From a virus (Duplodnaviria; Caudoviricetes): a DNA stretch of 64,000 nt. The notes under the pieces are model-generated. The model did no database searches. It was not told the DNA's origin and saw only the letters and a program-made list of their open reading frames with translations. Positions within the stretch are counted from its first letter, which is position 1. Each line of letters opens with the position of its first letter. Shown one piece after another: positions 18,751 to 29,440 of this stretch. The stretch covers positions 128,001 through 192,000 of the IMG/VR virus record IMGVR_UViG_3300025150_000002, one strand, 5' to 3'. Made by a program: the position numbers and the translations under genes.

Positions 18751-20424
18751 TTACCCGAAAAGGGAGAAGAAACCTCGCTTTGCTCCGGTGATGACGACTG
18801 TGAAGCTGGCGCTGTTGTTCAGGGTGCGTCCGTCGACCACCAGCCGCACCAGCCCCTTGACCTTGTTGCGGCCCAGATCACTGGTCGTCCAGGTCAGCCG
18901 GTGGCGAAGACCGTCCGGGGATGTCGCGTAGCGCTGGGCCACACCCCTCAGGGCGCAAACCTTCCACGACCTACCACCATCGAGCGAGTAGTCGATTGAG
19001 ACCGTAACGGGCCGCGAATCGCTGTTACGCAGCACAAAGGTGAGCTCCAGGTCGCCCTTTCCGGCGAACGACCCCTCCTTGAACCAGGCGTAGGTCAGGC
19101 CGGTGCTCGCGATGTCGTGGGTCTGACCGCCGACCGACCCGCTGAGCTTGAGGAGCTCGTCGCTGTTGAGCGGGCCGCGAAGGTAGCTGTAGGCCCACCG
19201 AATCTTGGTCACGGCATGATCGCCGGCTCGCTTGAGCACCAGGAAGTGACGCTGGGGGATCGCCGACAGCGTAGCCTGATCGACGTTCCGGTTCTCCAGC
19301 TCCTTCTTGAGGTCGCGGGCGCAGTCCCGAGGACGAAGGTTCCCGAGGAACCAGGTACCGACGTTGGTCAGCGCCTTGTAGTCCATGTCGTTCGGGTTCT
19401 GAGTCCCGATCAACATGCCGATACCCTGAGCACGGCCCTGCGCCAGGAGGGTGCAGATCGGCTTCTTGGTCGGGGGATTCTTCGGGTAGGGCGGCAGGTA
19501 ACCGCGCGCCTCATCGATTACGACGAGCAGCTTCAGCTTGTTGCTCGCCGGCATGCGGAACATGTAGTCGACAATCGATGACAGCAGCATCGCTGCGAAG
19601 AACTGCCGCTCGTTCTCGTCCAGGTGGCGCAGGGTGAACACCGACACCTTGGGCTTGTCGGATCCTACATACCTGTCGACCGACAGGGGACCACCGTCTA
19701 GCCACTTGGCCGCCTGACGGCGGAAGCCGACAATGGACCGCGCGATCTGCATCCGGCGCTTCTTCGGGAAGAAGTCGTCCAGCTTAAGACCATCGATGGT
19801 CTGGAACTTCGCGGGCGGGTTGTTGAGCACGGCGGCCCAGGTCTCCAGTCCGGCGGGGGTTTGCGTCTGCCAGGCGTCGACCACGACATCGGTCAAGAGC
19901 ACGTTTGCCGGGTCCGTCATGGGGTCGGCCGTGTGCCCGATCGCGCTAAGGATCGATGCGACAAGCGATGCGGCCCGATCACGCAGCGCCTGCTCGCTGT
20001 GATCCCCAACCGGACGGTCAAAGGAGGCCAACACGTTGACGGCCTGTCCGCCACCCTGGGTCTTACCCGGCGCGTAGATGGTGACCTCGGCTGAGTCTTT
20101 CCACCTCTTGACGTTAGGTGCCAGGTGACCAAGCTCATCACGGGCGCGCTCCGCCGCCTCTACTGGATCCTTGCCGTCCTCCATCCAGGGGGTGAACTCC
20201 TCGCTGGTCAGGTTGGGGAATGCGAGCGCCAGGTTGGTGAGGTCGCCCTTAGGATCGATCACGATCGCAGAGGCACCGCTGAGGACAGCCTCCTCAATGA
20301 TGGCGACCGTGGCTCCGGTCTTACCCGAGCCCGTCTTCCCCAGAACCACACCGTGGGTCGTAAGGTCAGCCGGGTCAATGGTCAGCTGCGATCCATCGTT
20401 CGTGTATCCGATCAGCATGGTCAT
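18751..20424 (-). CDS. HerA/FtsK-superfamily ATPase with beta-rich C-terminal domain
   Basis: LGKTGSGKT, IDPKGD, VIDEARGYLP, GRAQGIG...TQNP. Confidence 0.8.
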   Translation of the reverse strand: MTMLIGYTNDGSQLTIDPADLTTHGVVLGKTGSGKTGATVAIIEEAVLSGASAIVIDPKGDLTNLALAFPNLTSEEFTPWMEDGKDPVEAAERARDELGHLAPNVKRWKDSAEVTIYAPGKTQGGGQAVNVLASFDRPVGDHSEQALRDRAASLVASILSAIGHTADPMTDPANVLLTDVVVDAWQTQTPAGLETWAAVLNNPPAKFQTIDGLKLDDFFPKKRRMQIARSIVGFRRQAAKWLDGGPLSVDRYVGSDKPKVSVFTLRHLDENERQFFAAMLLSSIVDYMFRMPASNKLKLLVVIDEARGYLPPYPKNPPTKKPICTLLAQGRAQGIGMLIGTQNPNDMDYKALTNVGTWFLGNLRPRDCARDLKKELENRNVDQATLSAIPQRHFLVLKRAGDHAVTKIRWAYSYLRGPLNSDELLKLSGSVGGQTHDIASTGLTYAWFKEGSFAGKGDLELTFVLRNSDSRPVTVSIDYSLDGGRSWKVCALRGVAQRYATSPDGLRHRLTWTTSDLGRNKVKGLVRLVVDGRTLNNSASFTVVITGAKRGFFSLFG

Positions 20425-20512
20425 AGTCTGTTCTGCCTTTTAGGTGATCTCGGGTATCACCTGATAGGCGAACTGGTGCGGATGCATCGAGTTATCCGAA
20501 GGGGATCAAGCC

Positions 20513-21040
20513 GTGGCCATGAACATCAAGGAATTTTTCAAGGCGAGGGACGACTCTGATCGAAGAAGTCGGTTCAACCCTAACCGTAACCTTCGGCTGT
20601 CCTATGTTCGTACGGAGCCAAAGGGATGGCCGCTGACACGGCCTGCCACCAGTATCGAGTGGGCGCATGTGCTCAAGGTTATGATCATGCGCCGCGTCCC
20701 GAAGTCGGGACCGATACATCAGATCAAACTGATCCGGTACGTATCAGAGGACTTGTTGGCCGCCAGCGCGGCGGGCAAGATCTACGTAGACAATGACTTC
20801 GTCGAGATGCGAAGGGTCATGGGAGTCTTCGAGAACATGTGCGGACGAGATAGGACGCTGCGCACAGCCCCTTTCATGGAGGATCCGGATATGGCCTATG
20901 AAGCACCAGCTGTTTACAGAACGGACGCGGCAGATCGCTGGCTGGAGAGGGTCCCGGTCGTCGTTATGGCGGTTGTGAACCAACTCCCAACTACGAGTGT
21001 ACTCGACATGATGGTCCAGGCATTGTTGGATGATGAGTAG
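20513..21040 (+). CDS. Hypothetical protein
   Basis: RBS GAAGGGG; ends SVLDMMVQALLDDE. Confidence 0.55.
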   Translation: MAMNIKEFFKARDDSDRRSRFNPNRNLRLSYVRTEPKGWPLTRPATSIEWAHVLKVMIMRRVPKSGPIHQIKLIRYVSEDLLAASAAGKIYVDNDFVEMRRVMGVFENMCGRDRTLRTAPFMEDPDMAYEAPAVYRTDAADRWLERVPVVVMAVVNQLPTTSVLDMMVQALLDDE

Positions 21041-21239
21041 GGAACCCATCCCCCGAGTGGACCACCGTTTTTGTGGTTTTGATGATCTTCCAGCTCCCTG
21101 AGCTGGGTAGCCCTAGCACGGCCGACGCGACGGCCTTTAGCGCGGCGTCCTCGCTGGTGAACGCCCCAGCATTGCAGAGCAGGACCCCACGTCGACTAAA
21201 CAGGAGCAGGGTGTAGTTGACATCGTTGGGTTGATCCAC
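20991..21239 (-). CDS. Hypothetical protein
   Basis: AGGA RBS, follows the 21252 gene. Confidence 0.45.
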   Translation of the reverse strand: MDQPNDVNYTLLLFSRRGVLLCNAGAFTSEDAALKAVASAVLGLPSSGSWKIIKTTKTVVHSGDGFPTHHPTMPGPSCRVHS

Positions 21240-21251
21240 ATCAGGTCCTTG

Positions 21252-21680
21252 TCATATCTCAGCCAGCTTGTCCAGGATGTTGATTTGTTTGGCCGTTGGG
21301 CGTGGTACGGAATCCGACACGAACATCGGCGTGTTGAAGTCTACTGTGATGCCACCCTCTGGGTGGCGCGCGTAGGCCTCGCAGTGACGGATGGCTTGTA
21401 GCACGTCCCAGGCAATCTTGCCCCTCTCCGAAGGGCAAGAGGATATTCCGTAGGAGTGACTTGGTCCGCCGGTTAGGTCTGGGAAGATGCTCACTTTCAC
21501 CTCCTCCATGAGGGCCTCGATCTTGCCTACGTCGATGTCTTGGCAGAAGAACTGCTCCCTGATGGTGTGAAATTGTCCGATGTGGATCCGGGCGAGCACG
21601 TCAAGCGCGGTTACGACCACTCGTGCCTGCTCAGGGGTGAGGGTCACTCGGATAAAGTAGTTCTCGTCCCGTTGGGTCAT
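21252..21680 (-). CDS. Hypothetical protein (likely leaderless)
   Basis: GGTATAAA 6 nt before ATG 21680; ends NILDKLAEI. Confidence 0.65.
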   Translation of the reverse strand: MTQRDENYFIRVTLTPEQARVVVTALDVLARIHIGQFHTIREQFFCQDIDVGKIEALMEEVKVSIFPDLTGGPSHSYGISSCPSERGKIAWDVLQAIRHCEAYARHPEGGITVDFNTPMFVSDSVPRPTAKQINILDKLAEI

Positions 21681-21737
21681 GGACGATTTATACCGCGTAC
21701 GGTTGTCGGAGGCGCCAGGTAGAAGAACAGTGAAGGG

Positions 21738-22214
21738 GTGCGGGAAATGAGCCAACCGACTAGAGACCCTAAGGTGGTGGCGAAAGCGGCTGCTAAGGCT
21801 CTATCGCGCGAGTATGAGGCCTCGCTGACCGACGAGCAGAGGCAAGACCTCGCCAAATGGTGGATGCTTAGCATGGCTCGAAGAGAGCCAATCCGCACAA
21901 CATCAACTGATACTTCGGAGTCGGGGTTGACCGAGAGCTACGAGCCCGCGAAGGCGTTCGCCGAGCTACCTTCTGCGGTGCAGAAGCAGGTCAAGAAGCT
22001 CCTGTCGCAGTACAGCACCGATAAGATCTATGACATTTGCCTGGGCCTAGCGCCTCGTATTCGTAGTTTCGTCAAGCGTATCTGGAAGCGAGAGGACAAG
22101 AACGGCGAGGACTGGCCCACTATTGCGAGTGAGATGGCTGAGACAGCTCACAAGATCCTGATGCATCGGATTGACATCGTCCTTTTCTTCGGTGTGTGTG
22201 GAGCGAGACGGTGA
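21738..22214 (+). CDS. Hypothetical protein
   Basis: Divergent gene with promoter-like GGTAGAAG upstream. Confidence 0.6.
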   Translation: MREMSQPTRDPKVVAKAAAKALSREYEASLTDEQRQDLAKWWMLSMARREPIRTTSTDTSESGLTESYEPAKAFAELPSAVQKQVKKLLSQYSTDKIYDICLGLAPRIRSFVKRIWKREDKNGEDWPTIASEMAETAHKILMHRIDIVLFFGVCGARR

Positions 22215-22233
22215 GGTGCCATCCGAGGATCGG

Positions 22234-22497
22234 ATGTGTCGGATGACTCAGGCCAGACGCGAGTGCGATGCGCTTCTGACCGTCTTCGCGCATTATTTCA
22301 CCATCGGATCTAGCACGAAGCTTGCGGCTAACTGCACTACTTACGCGATGGCAGATAACAAGGCACAGCTCCTGGGCGGGCTGATCGATGTTGTCGACTC
22401 CGGGCGAATCGATCCACAGCGAAGAAGATCTCGGGTCAACGCCGCCATGAACCTAATCAAGACCAACGGCTGGAAAATGCCTGAGAGAGATAAGTGA
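22234..22497 (+). CDS. Hypothetical protein
   Basis: GAGG RBS before ATG 22234. Confidence 0.45.
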   Translation: MCRMTQARRECDALLTVFAHYFTIGSSTKLAANCTTYAMADNKAQLLGGLIDVVDSGRIDPQRRRSRVNAAMNLIKTNGWKMPERDK

Positions 22498-22501
22498 TCT
22501 A

Positions 22502-22966
22502 GTGGCTAAGCGGAAAAAGAAGAAGAGCGCCGTTGCCGGACTGATGGATCTCATGGATGATGAGGTCGTAGAGCCGGTTTCTGATCAAGCTTCTGAGCCG
22601 GCGCACGCCGCTCCGAAGAAGGAGGCCGCTGTAAGCGCTCCAGGAACCTGCGGAGTGTGCAGCCAGATCAGGACCATCGCCTACTACGATGCCGACGAGA
22701 ACTTGGAGCTACCTGGTCACCCAGATCGAATCGATCGACCGATCTGCGTTGACTGCGCCGCCGACTACGAGCTTCGAGATAAATGCGCTTACGCTGTTTT
22801 TGCGGCTATGCGCGTCGCGCTAGAGAAGCAGGGGCTGGGGGCTTACGAGGTGGATCAAGCGATTCAAGTCGCCTGGAGGTCCTTCATGGTCGCCAGTGAT
22901 AGCGCCGCCCTCATCAAAACCGCCAAGCAGCTCAAGGTCAATCACCCCTGGCTGAACAAGAAGTGA
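22502..22966 (+). CDS. Hypothetical protein with CxxC pairs
   Basis: CGVC...CVDC. Confidence 0.6.
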   Translation: MAKRKKKKSAVAGLMDLMDDEVVEPVSDQASEPAHAAPKKEAAVSAPGTCGVCSQIRTIAYYDADENLELPGHPDRIDRPICVDCAADYELRDKCAYAVFAAMRVALEKQGLGAYEVDQAIQVAWRSFMVASDSAALIKTAKQLKVNHPWLNKK

Positions 22967-23018
22967 TCCCTCCCTTAGTCTAAGGGGAGAAGGTAGTCTC
23001 CATTTAGGAGGCTACCAA

Positions 23019-23795
<777 letters not shown>

Positions 23796-23796
23796 T

Positions 23797-24307
23797 GAAA
23801 AGAGCGCCGGGAGTCGAACCCGGGAGACCACCCATGGTGTCCTGTCTAAGTCGGACATGGGTGTGTAGTCGACAACCCTGAAACCAGTTAGCCAGGCAGT
23901 CTCGCATACGAGGTGCTAACGAGCAGGCGGCCCATTTGCACGACCCAACTCTCCCTCGACGTCGCTTTCATTATGAGCCCAACCAGTAACAGGTATCACC
24001 ACGCCGCCACCTTACGGCGTCTCCGCTCTTGTTGATGCCAGGAACTCTCATCCTGGGGAGGCTTGACGATTTTCTAAAATCGCCACTTACCCGGACTTAC
24101 ACCGGTCCACCGGCCCTAGCACTAGTGTTGCTCAAGAAACCTTCTCCCTCGTCCCCATTATCGCCCCTGACGGGGTCTATTAGTTCGAGGCATCCAGTCC
24201 CTGCACCGGTCGCTAGGGGATCGGCACGCGGCCGTCATTCCGCGCTTACACCAACAGAGGTAGCGTAGCTCGGAAACATCCACTTCCAGTGGATTACCGC
24301 CCCACCT
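23797..24307 (-). ncRNA. Candidate structured ncRNA with 3' tRNA-like domain
   Basis: GGGGTAAAAT -10 at 24316-24321; acceptor AAGAGCG/CGCTCTT; T-arm CCGGG-TTCGACT-CCCGG; no convincing ORF. Confidence 0.6.
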
Positions 24308-24574
24308 CTACCTCCATTTTACCCCGAACCGACGAGGGCGTCGTGTCGTACGAGGGTCGATCAACTCATCCAGGACTGTTCTCTCTTCGAGGATCAGACC
24401 AGCGGAAAAGCCGAGAGCTTGAGCGACCAAGGCGACATCGCGCAACCGCACGTCTTGATGTCCGCGTAAGACGTCCCTGACCGTTCGACAGCTAATACCA
24501 AGGATCCGAGCGAGTTCCCGGGGCTTCAGGCCTCGATCTTCGAGCTCGGCGCGGAGCAGGGCGGGTCCAGGCAT
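24308..24574 (-). CDS. XRE-family HTH protein
   Basis: ELARILGISCRTVRDVLRGHQDVRLRDVALVAQALG. Confidence 0.7.
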   Translation of the reverse strand: MPGPALLRAELEDRGLKPRELARILGISCRTVRDVLRGHQDVRLRDVALVAQALGFSAGLILEERTVLDELIDPRTTRRPRRFGVKWR

Positions 24575-24924
24575 CGGTGTCCCTCCGCAGCCATCCTATC
24601 CAACACTCCGGGCATCAGTGCGAGCTTGGCCGCCTTTATGGAGAGATAGTGTCTAACCGGCACGCCGTCGATGAAGATCCCCCATACCTTCTTGCTCTTA
24701 CGGTATCGGATCTCACCGTTGGTGACCTCAAGCGACTTGAAGGGGGTGACCACGCACACCACGTATCGCGTCCGAAAGCGTCTCTTGCTGCGTCGGCGCA
24801 GCACAAATGAGCCTACTGGGTGTGCATTCCGATCGATGTAACGATCGTTGCTGCGGAAGAAGTCTACCCAGTGAAGAGTCGGGTGCTGCTTGATGTCCTC
24901 GTGCCAGTCCGTGAGGTTGTTCAT
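24526..24924 (-). CDS. Hypothetical protein
   Basis: ORF with GVLDRMAAE motif. Confidence 0.55.
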   Translation of the reverse strand: MNNLTDWHEDIKQHPTLHWVDFFRSNDRYIDRNAHPVGSFVLRRRSKRRFRTRYVVCVVTPFKSLEVTNGEIRYRKSKKVWGIFIDGVPVRHYLSIKAAKLALMPGVLDRMAAEGHRCLDPPCSAPSSKIEA

Positions 24925-24981
24925 CGGCTCGTCCTGTCCCAAGTCAACGCCCGGTATAATCTGATCAGCACCGGAGTTGCC

Positions 24982-25170
24982 ATGTCTTCTACCCTAGATC
25001 AGCGTATCCGAAGCGTCGAAGCTATCCTGGGCTTCGAACTTCGCAGCTACCAAGACCAGGCCCTTCGGGCTTTAGGTGCCGGGAAGAACGTCATCCTTCA
25101 CGTTCCAACTGGTGGCGGGAAGGAAGGCTACTTTGTGCTAGACTCTCTTTCAGAGGAGGTCGGTGTATGA
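24982..25170 (+). CDS. Truncated duplicate of the RecQ-like helicase N-terminus (62 aa)
   Basis: GGTATAAT promoter and GGAG RBS; RSYQDQAL...VILHVPTGGGK; ATGA overlap with the helicase. Confidence 0.7.
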   Translation: MSSTLDQRIRSVEAILGFELRSYQDQALRALGAGKNVILHVPTGGGKEGYFVLDSLSEEVGV

Positions 25171-28100
25171 GCCCGATAGAGGGTCGCATTGAGTCGGTGG
25201 AAAGGCTTCTGGGATTCCAGGTCAGGTCATACCAAAGGCAAGCCCTCACAGCCCTGGGTCAGGGCAAGAGTGTGATTCTTCACGCTCCTACAGGCTGCCA
25301 CGCGCCTGGTCAGCTGATTCTGATGCACGATGGCTCGACCAAGAAGGTCGAGGACATCAAGAAGGGCGACCTTCTTATGGGGCCCGATAGCAAGCCCCGT
25401 CGCGTTACTAGGCTGATTCGCGGTCGCGGTCGAATGGTCAAGGTCCACCCGAAGAAGGGCGAGCCGTTTGTGGTCAACGAGGATCACATCTTGACGCTCG
25501 TCCGGACCGGCGTGGTCAGGACTCCGTCTGATGGTTCCAGGAAGCGTCGAGACTTGGGAGGTGAGCTCATCGACGTCAAGGTCAAGGACTGGGAGACCTG
25601 GTCATTGACCCAAAAGCACATCCACAAGCTCAAGCGTACAGGCGTCACTTTCCGTAGTCGAGCGCCACTCCCATTGGACCCATATACGCTCGGCATCATC
25701 ATCGGAGATGGGTCTATCAAGGACGGTACTCCTGGGGTCACCACCGCTGATTCTGAGATCGAAGAGGTTCTTGTGGCCTGCGCTGAGCGTCGGGGCCTTT
25801 ACATCAGAGAGGAGGTTAAAGCGGGAAATGCGGCTACGACCTATCGCTTGTCTTCTGGGCACCGGAAGCAAAGGGGCCGTGCCGGCGGAACGAACTCACT
25901 GACTAACGATCTTCGCCAACTCGGTCTCTGGGGCAAGGGTAGTTCGGACAAGTTCATTCCGGGGACCTACAAGGTTGCTTCCAGAAAGAGCAGACTCGAT
26001 CTCCTCGCAGGGCTCATCGACGCGGATGGCTATCTACATCACAACAACCACGTCCTAACTACTGCTAGCGAACAACTCGCAGCAGACGTTGCTTTTGTCG
26101 CCCGGAGTCTTGGGTTCGCAGCCTATATCTACACCACCTCGAAGAGGTGCCAGACTGGCTACGAGGGCGACTACTTCAGGGTCTCTATTACTGGCGACAA
26201 CTCCATCATCCCTTGCAGGCTTGAGAGGAAGACAGCCTCTCCGAGAGGCCAGGAGAAAGACCCTACGAGGACGGGCTTCACGCTTGAGGATGTTGGAGAG
26301 GGAGAGTTCTACGGGTTCTCCCTTACCGGTGATGGTCGATTCCTGCTCGGTGATTTCACCATCACCCACAACAGTGGTAAAACCGTGGCCTTCCAAGGTG
26401 CGCCATACGTGTCTCCGCACCCGGGGATAACGGTAATCCTCTACCCTCTTCGCGCCCTGGTGAAAGACCAGTCGCGACGGTTCAGCGAGCTTGGGCTCCC
26501 CAGCGTGACGCTCTACGGTGAGACTCCGACCACCGAGCGGGCCGCAATCTACGACAAGATCCTCTCAGGCTCTACCAAGATTCTGCTCACGACGCCTGAG
26601 TCCTTCGACATGAACAGGAAGTTGCAGGACGTCCTCAGGCAGCGCGGCGTGTCTGTTTTGACCGTCGATGAGGCTCATGCCTATGAGGAGTGGGCTGATG
26701 GATTTCGGCCCACCTACCGTCGGGCCGGAGCCGTCGCGAGGAGTGTCGGCGTCAAGCAGTTCCTGCTGTGCTCCGCCACTCTTACCGGTAAGGGCTTCCG
26801 AACCGCCTGCGACACCATCGGAGTGTCCAACTGGACCATCGTTCAGATCCCTCCACTGCGCTCGAACTTGATCTACAGGGACCTGAGCCAGCCTGAGAGC
26901 GAGATCCTCTGTCGGGCCGTAAGGGGCGATGGGCTGGAGGCCCCCGGGATCGTATTCTTCACGACCGTCAAGCGTCTGGAGGAGACGGCGTCCTTCGTTG
27001 AGACAAAGACTCGCCGGAAGGTGCTTCGTTATCACGGCGGCATGGCCGGCAAGGCGCGTCGAGAGGCACAAGAAGAGTTCATGACCACCGATACCTGGAT
27101 CTTTGCGACCAAGGCATTCGGTATGGGAATCGACAAGGACAACATCCGGAACATCATCCACTGTCAGTTGCCGAGCTCGGTTCTGAGCTACGCGCAGGAG
27201 TGCGTTCACGGCGACACGCCGGTGATGACGTTGAACGGAAACCGCCCAGCGCGAGACATCAAGGCGGGCGACCAACTGGCCGGCTACGACCCGGTTACTG
27301 GTGAGGTGGTTCCGGCAGTCGTTAAGGAACTCTACCAGGGCAAGACGGGTGACTGGCTCGCCGTTCGGACCTCGGCTGGTGATGAGATTGTGGTGACGAA
27401 GAATCATCCGTTCATAGTGAACGGTGGTGAGGTCCGTGCGGACCAACTCAAGGTCGGTGAACGCTTGGCGACGCTCAGCAGTTCCGCTCAGGTTGACCGT
27501 CCAATGCTTACGGCCGACTGTCTGATTGCCGATCAGACGTTCGCTCAGGTCGAACCTGGTCTTATCGATGCTCTTCGAGACAAGCTGTCTCCGACCGAGC
27601 TCGGTCAGATGTTCGGACTCTCTCGCCACCACGATTACTCCAGCTATCGTCGTGGTAAGGCGATCAAGCTCTCTGGACTGCAGGCCGCCGGCGACGCTGC
27701 TGGTATGCCTCGGCAGCAGATCTATAGTCGCGTTCTTGCGCTGAAGTCCCGGAGTGGGAAGCCTGTTCGACTGCCTCTCACGCTCGATGACGCCGAACTG
27801 GGGTGGTTCGCCGGTATCGTGGCGACTGACGGCTACATCTACCGGTCGGACAAGTCAGGGTTCGGTAGTTGGAAGATCAAGCTCACGAATACGAATCACG
27901 CGATCGTTGACAAGTTCGCCGGAATCGTGAAGCGGTTTGGACTTCACTGCCACTCTTACATCAGGACTCATCGATCTGACGCGTTGTCGAAGCGCCCGGC
28001 TCACTGCGCCGAAGTTTCGAGCCCTGTGCTCTGCGACCTACTCAACCATCTCGGTATCCACGATGGTCGCAAGAGCACGACCGTGTCTTGTTCTGAAACC

Positions 28101-29435
28101 GCGCTGAGTGCTGGAAAGCTGTTCAAGGCCGGCTTTGCGGCGGGTGTCATCGATGGCGACGGGAACCTGAGTCCTCCGAGGAGCAGCAAGCCACAGGGTA
28201 AGGTGCGGTTTCACACCGCGTCCTGGCGCTTTGCATCGTGCTTCGCCAAGCTCCTCCATAGTCTTGGTATCCACGTTCGGTTGTCGACCGAGGACTACTT
28301 AGACAACGCGCACATCATGAAGTGCTCAGTCGATTCCGGCTACAATGGCGAGATCGGGCGTTTTGAGTCGCTGCGGCGGTTCGCGGACTCCGTTGCCCCG
28401 CATCTGGTCAAGCGGATGTTTCCGGTCAAGCTGATGAGCACGGATGCACGCGAGAGCATTGGACCGATCATCGTTTCCAGGGTCATCGAGATCCGCGAGC
28501 TCAGCACGGATCTGCCGGAGTCGACGTTCAACTGGCGTGTGGAGCCGCACCATCTTCTCTGGACCGCGAACACGCTGACTCACAACTGCGGAAGAGCTGG
28601 TCGTGACGGTTACGAGTCCAACTGCTTCTTGACACAGGAGGAGCACGGCCAGTCGGCCCACTTCCTCATTGATATGAGCGTGCCGTCTATCGGGCATGTT
28701 AGGAAGGTGTGGAACGTTCTGCAGGTCATCGCGCTCGACTGGCCCGGTTGGTTCGAGGTTGATTGGCCGGATGTGGCGGCCCGAACCGGTCTGAGCCTTC
28801 CGGCTGTTCAGGCCTGCGTCAGCTGGCTTTTCACCGGGAAAATGATCGAGAAGAAGCAGAAGCGGTTGGCGTGGAAGTTCACCATTCATGACGAGTCCGA
28901 CGCCAAGGCGATCAAGTACAAGCGGAAGACCCCAGAGCTCCTCGATGCGCTTCGTGGAGAGGCGATGGTCGATCAGGGGCCCGCTGTGTTCGAGCTCAAG
29001 CCAGACGTCTTGTCCGAGGTAGTTGGACAGCACTTCTCCAACTGGCAGGCCAAGCTTAGGAAGATGAACGAACTTGACATCATCCGGATCGAGGAGCCCC
29101 CGAAGGGGAGATCCAGTTACCGGTTCCTGCACGGCTCGTTCCACTTCGCCCAGGGGCAGAAGCAGTTGGAGAAGGCCCGGTCCAGTGCCTTCGAGCGGCT
29201 GGCAGCCATGCGAGACCTTCAGTCGTGTGCGGCCCACAAGCGTCGAGACTTGATCGAGGACGCGATCTCTTTGAAGCTCCCTCCCATGGAGGGCCTGGAG
29301 ATCCTAGACACCGATCACACCGAGCCGGACCACACCGCCGAGCAGAAGGTCACCAAGCGACCTGTCATCAAGGCGGCGAAGCTAGCAGATGATGATCCGT
29401 TTGCCGAGGACGACGAGTTCATCGTCCCCTTCTAG
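25167..29435 (+). CDS. RecQ-like DNA helicase with two inteins
   Basis: HAPTG[intein]SGKT, YPLRAL, TTPES, VDEAH, FRPTY, ATKAFGMGIDK, YAQE[intein]CGRAGRDG. Confidence 0.9.
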   Translation: MSPIEGRIESVERLLGFQVRSYQRQALTALGQGKSVILHAPTGCHAPGQLILMHDGSTKKVEDIKKGDLLMGPDSKPRRVTRLIRGRGRMVKVHPKKGEPFVVNEDHILTLVRTGVVRTPSDGSRKRRDLGGELIDVKVKDWETWSLTQKHIHKLKRTGVTFRSRAPLPLDPYTLGIIIGDGSIKDGTPGVTTADSEIEEVLVACAERRGLYIREEVKAGNAATTYRLSSGHRKQRGRAGGTNSLTNDLRQLGLWGKGSSDKFIPGTYKVASRKSRLDLLAGLIDADGYLHHNNHVLTTASEQLAADVAFVARSLGFAAYIYTTSKRCQTGYEGDYFRVSITGDNSIIPCRLERKTASPRGQEKDPTRTGFTLEDVGEGEFYGFSLTGDGRFLLGDFTITHNSGKTVAFQGAPYVSPHPGITVILYPLRALVKDQSRRFSELGLPSVTLYGETPTTERAAIYDKILSGSTKILLTTPESFDMNRKLQDVLRQRGVSVLTVDEAHAYEEWADGFRPTYRRAGAVARSVGVKQFLLCSATLTGKGFRTACDTIGVSNWTIVQIPPLRSNLIYRDLSQPESEILCRAVRGDGLEAPGIVFFTTVKRLEETASFVETKTRRKVLRYHGGMAGKARREAQEEFMTTDTWIFATKAFGMGIDKDNIRNIIHCQLPSSVLSYAQECVHGDTPVMTLNGNRPARDIKAGDQLAGYDPVTGEVVPAVVKELYQGKTGDWLAVRTSAGDEIVVTKNHPFIVNGGEVRADQLKVGERLATLSSSAQVDRPMLTADCLIADQTFAQVEPGLIDALRDKLSPTELGQMFGLSRHHDYSSYRRGKAIKLSGLQAAGDAAGMPRQQIYSRVLALKSRSGKPVRLPLTLDDAELGWFAGIVATDGYIYRSDKSGFGSWKIKLTNTNHAIVDKFAGIVKRFGLHCHSYIRTHRSDALSKRPAHCAEVSSPVLCDLLNHLGIHDGRKSTTVSCSETALSAGKLFKAGFAAGVIDGDGNLSPPRSSKPQGKVRFHTASWRFASCFAKLLHSLGIHVRLSTEDYLDNAHIMKCSVDSGYNGEIGRFESLRRFADSVAPHLVKRMFPVKLMSTDARESIGPIIVSRVIEIRELSTDLPESTFNWRVEPHHLLWTANTLTHNCGRAGRDGYESNCFLTQEEHGQSAHFLIDMSVPSIGHVRKVWNVLQVIALDWPGWFEVDWPDVAARTGLSLPAVQACVSWLFTGKMIEKKQKRLAWKFTIHDESDAKAIKYKRKTPELLDALRGEAMVDQGPAVFELKPDVLSEVVGQHFSNWQAKLRKMNELDIIRIEEPPKGRSSYRFLHGSFHFAQGQKQLEKARSSAFERLAAMRDLQSCAAHKRRDLIEDAISLKLPPMEGLEILDTDHTEPDHTAEQKVTKRPVIKAAKLADDDPFAEDDEFIVPF
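25296..26372 (+). mobile_element. Intein (359 aa) with LAGLIDADG endonuclease, in Walker A
   Basis: CHAPG...NEDHIL...LGIIIGDG...LAGLIDADG...FTITHN|S. Confidence 0.92.
27201..28586 (+). mobile_element. Intein (462 aa) with LAGLIDADG endonuclease, in helicase motif VI
   Basis: CVHGD...TKNHP...FAGIVATDG...AAGVIDGDG...TLTHN|C. Confidence 0.92.
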
Positions 29436-29440
29436 TACAG

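Noticed and set aside
23797-24030. tmRNA, tRNA-Sec, or group I / BHB intron-containing tRNA
   Set aside because: No G3-U70 or CCA, 7-bp acceptor, the 143-nt insert is short for a group I intron and lacks a clear P7 pair, and the bulge geometry is not bulge-helix-bulge.
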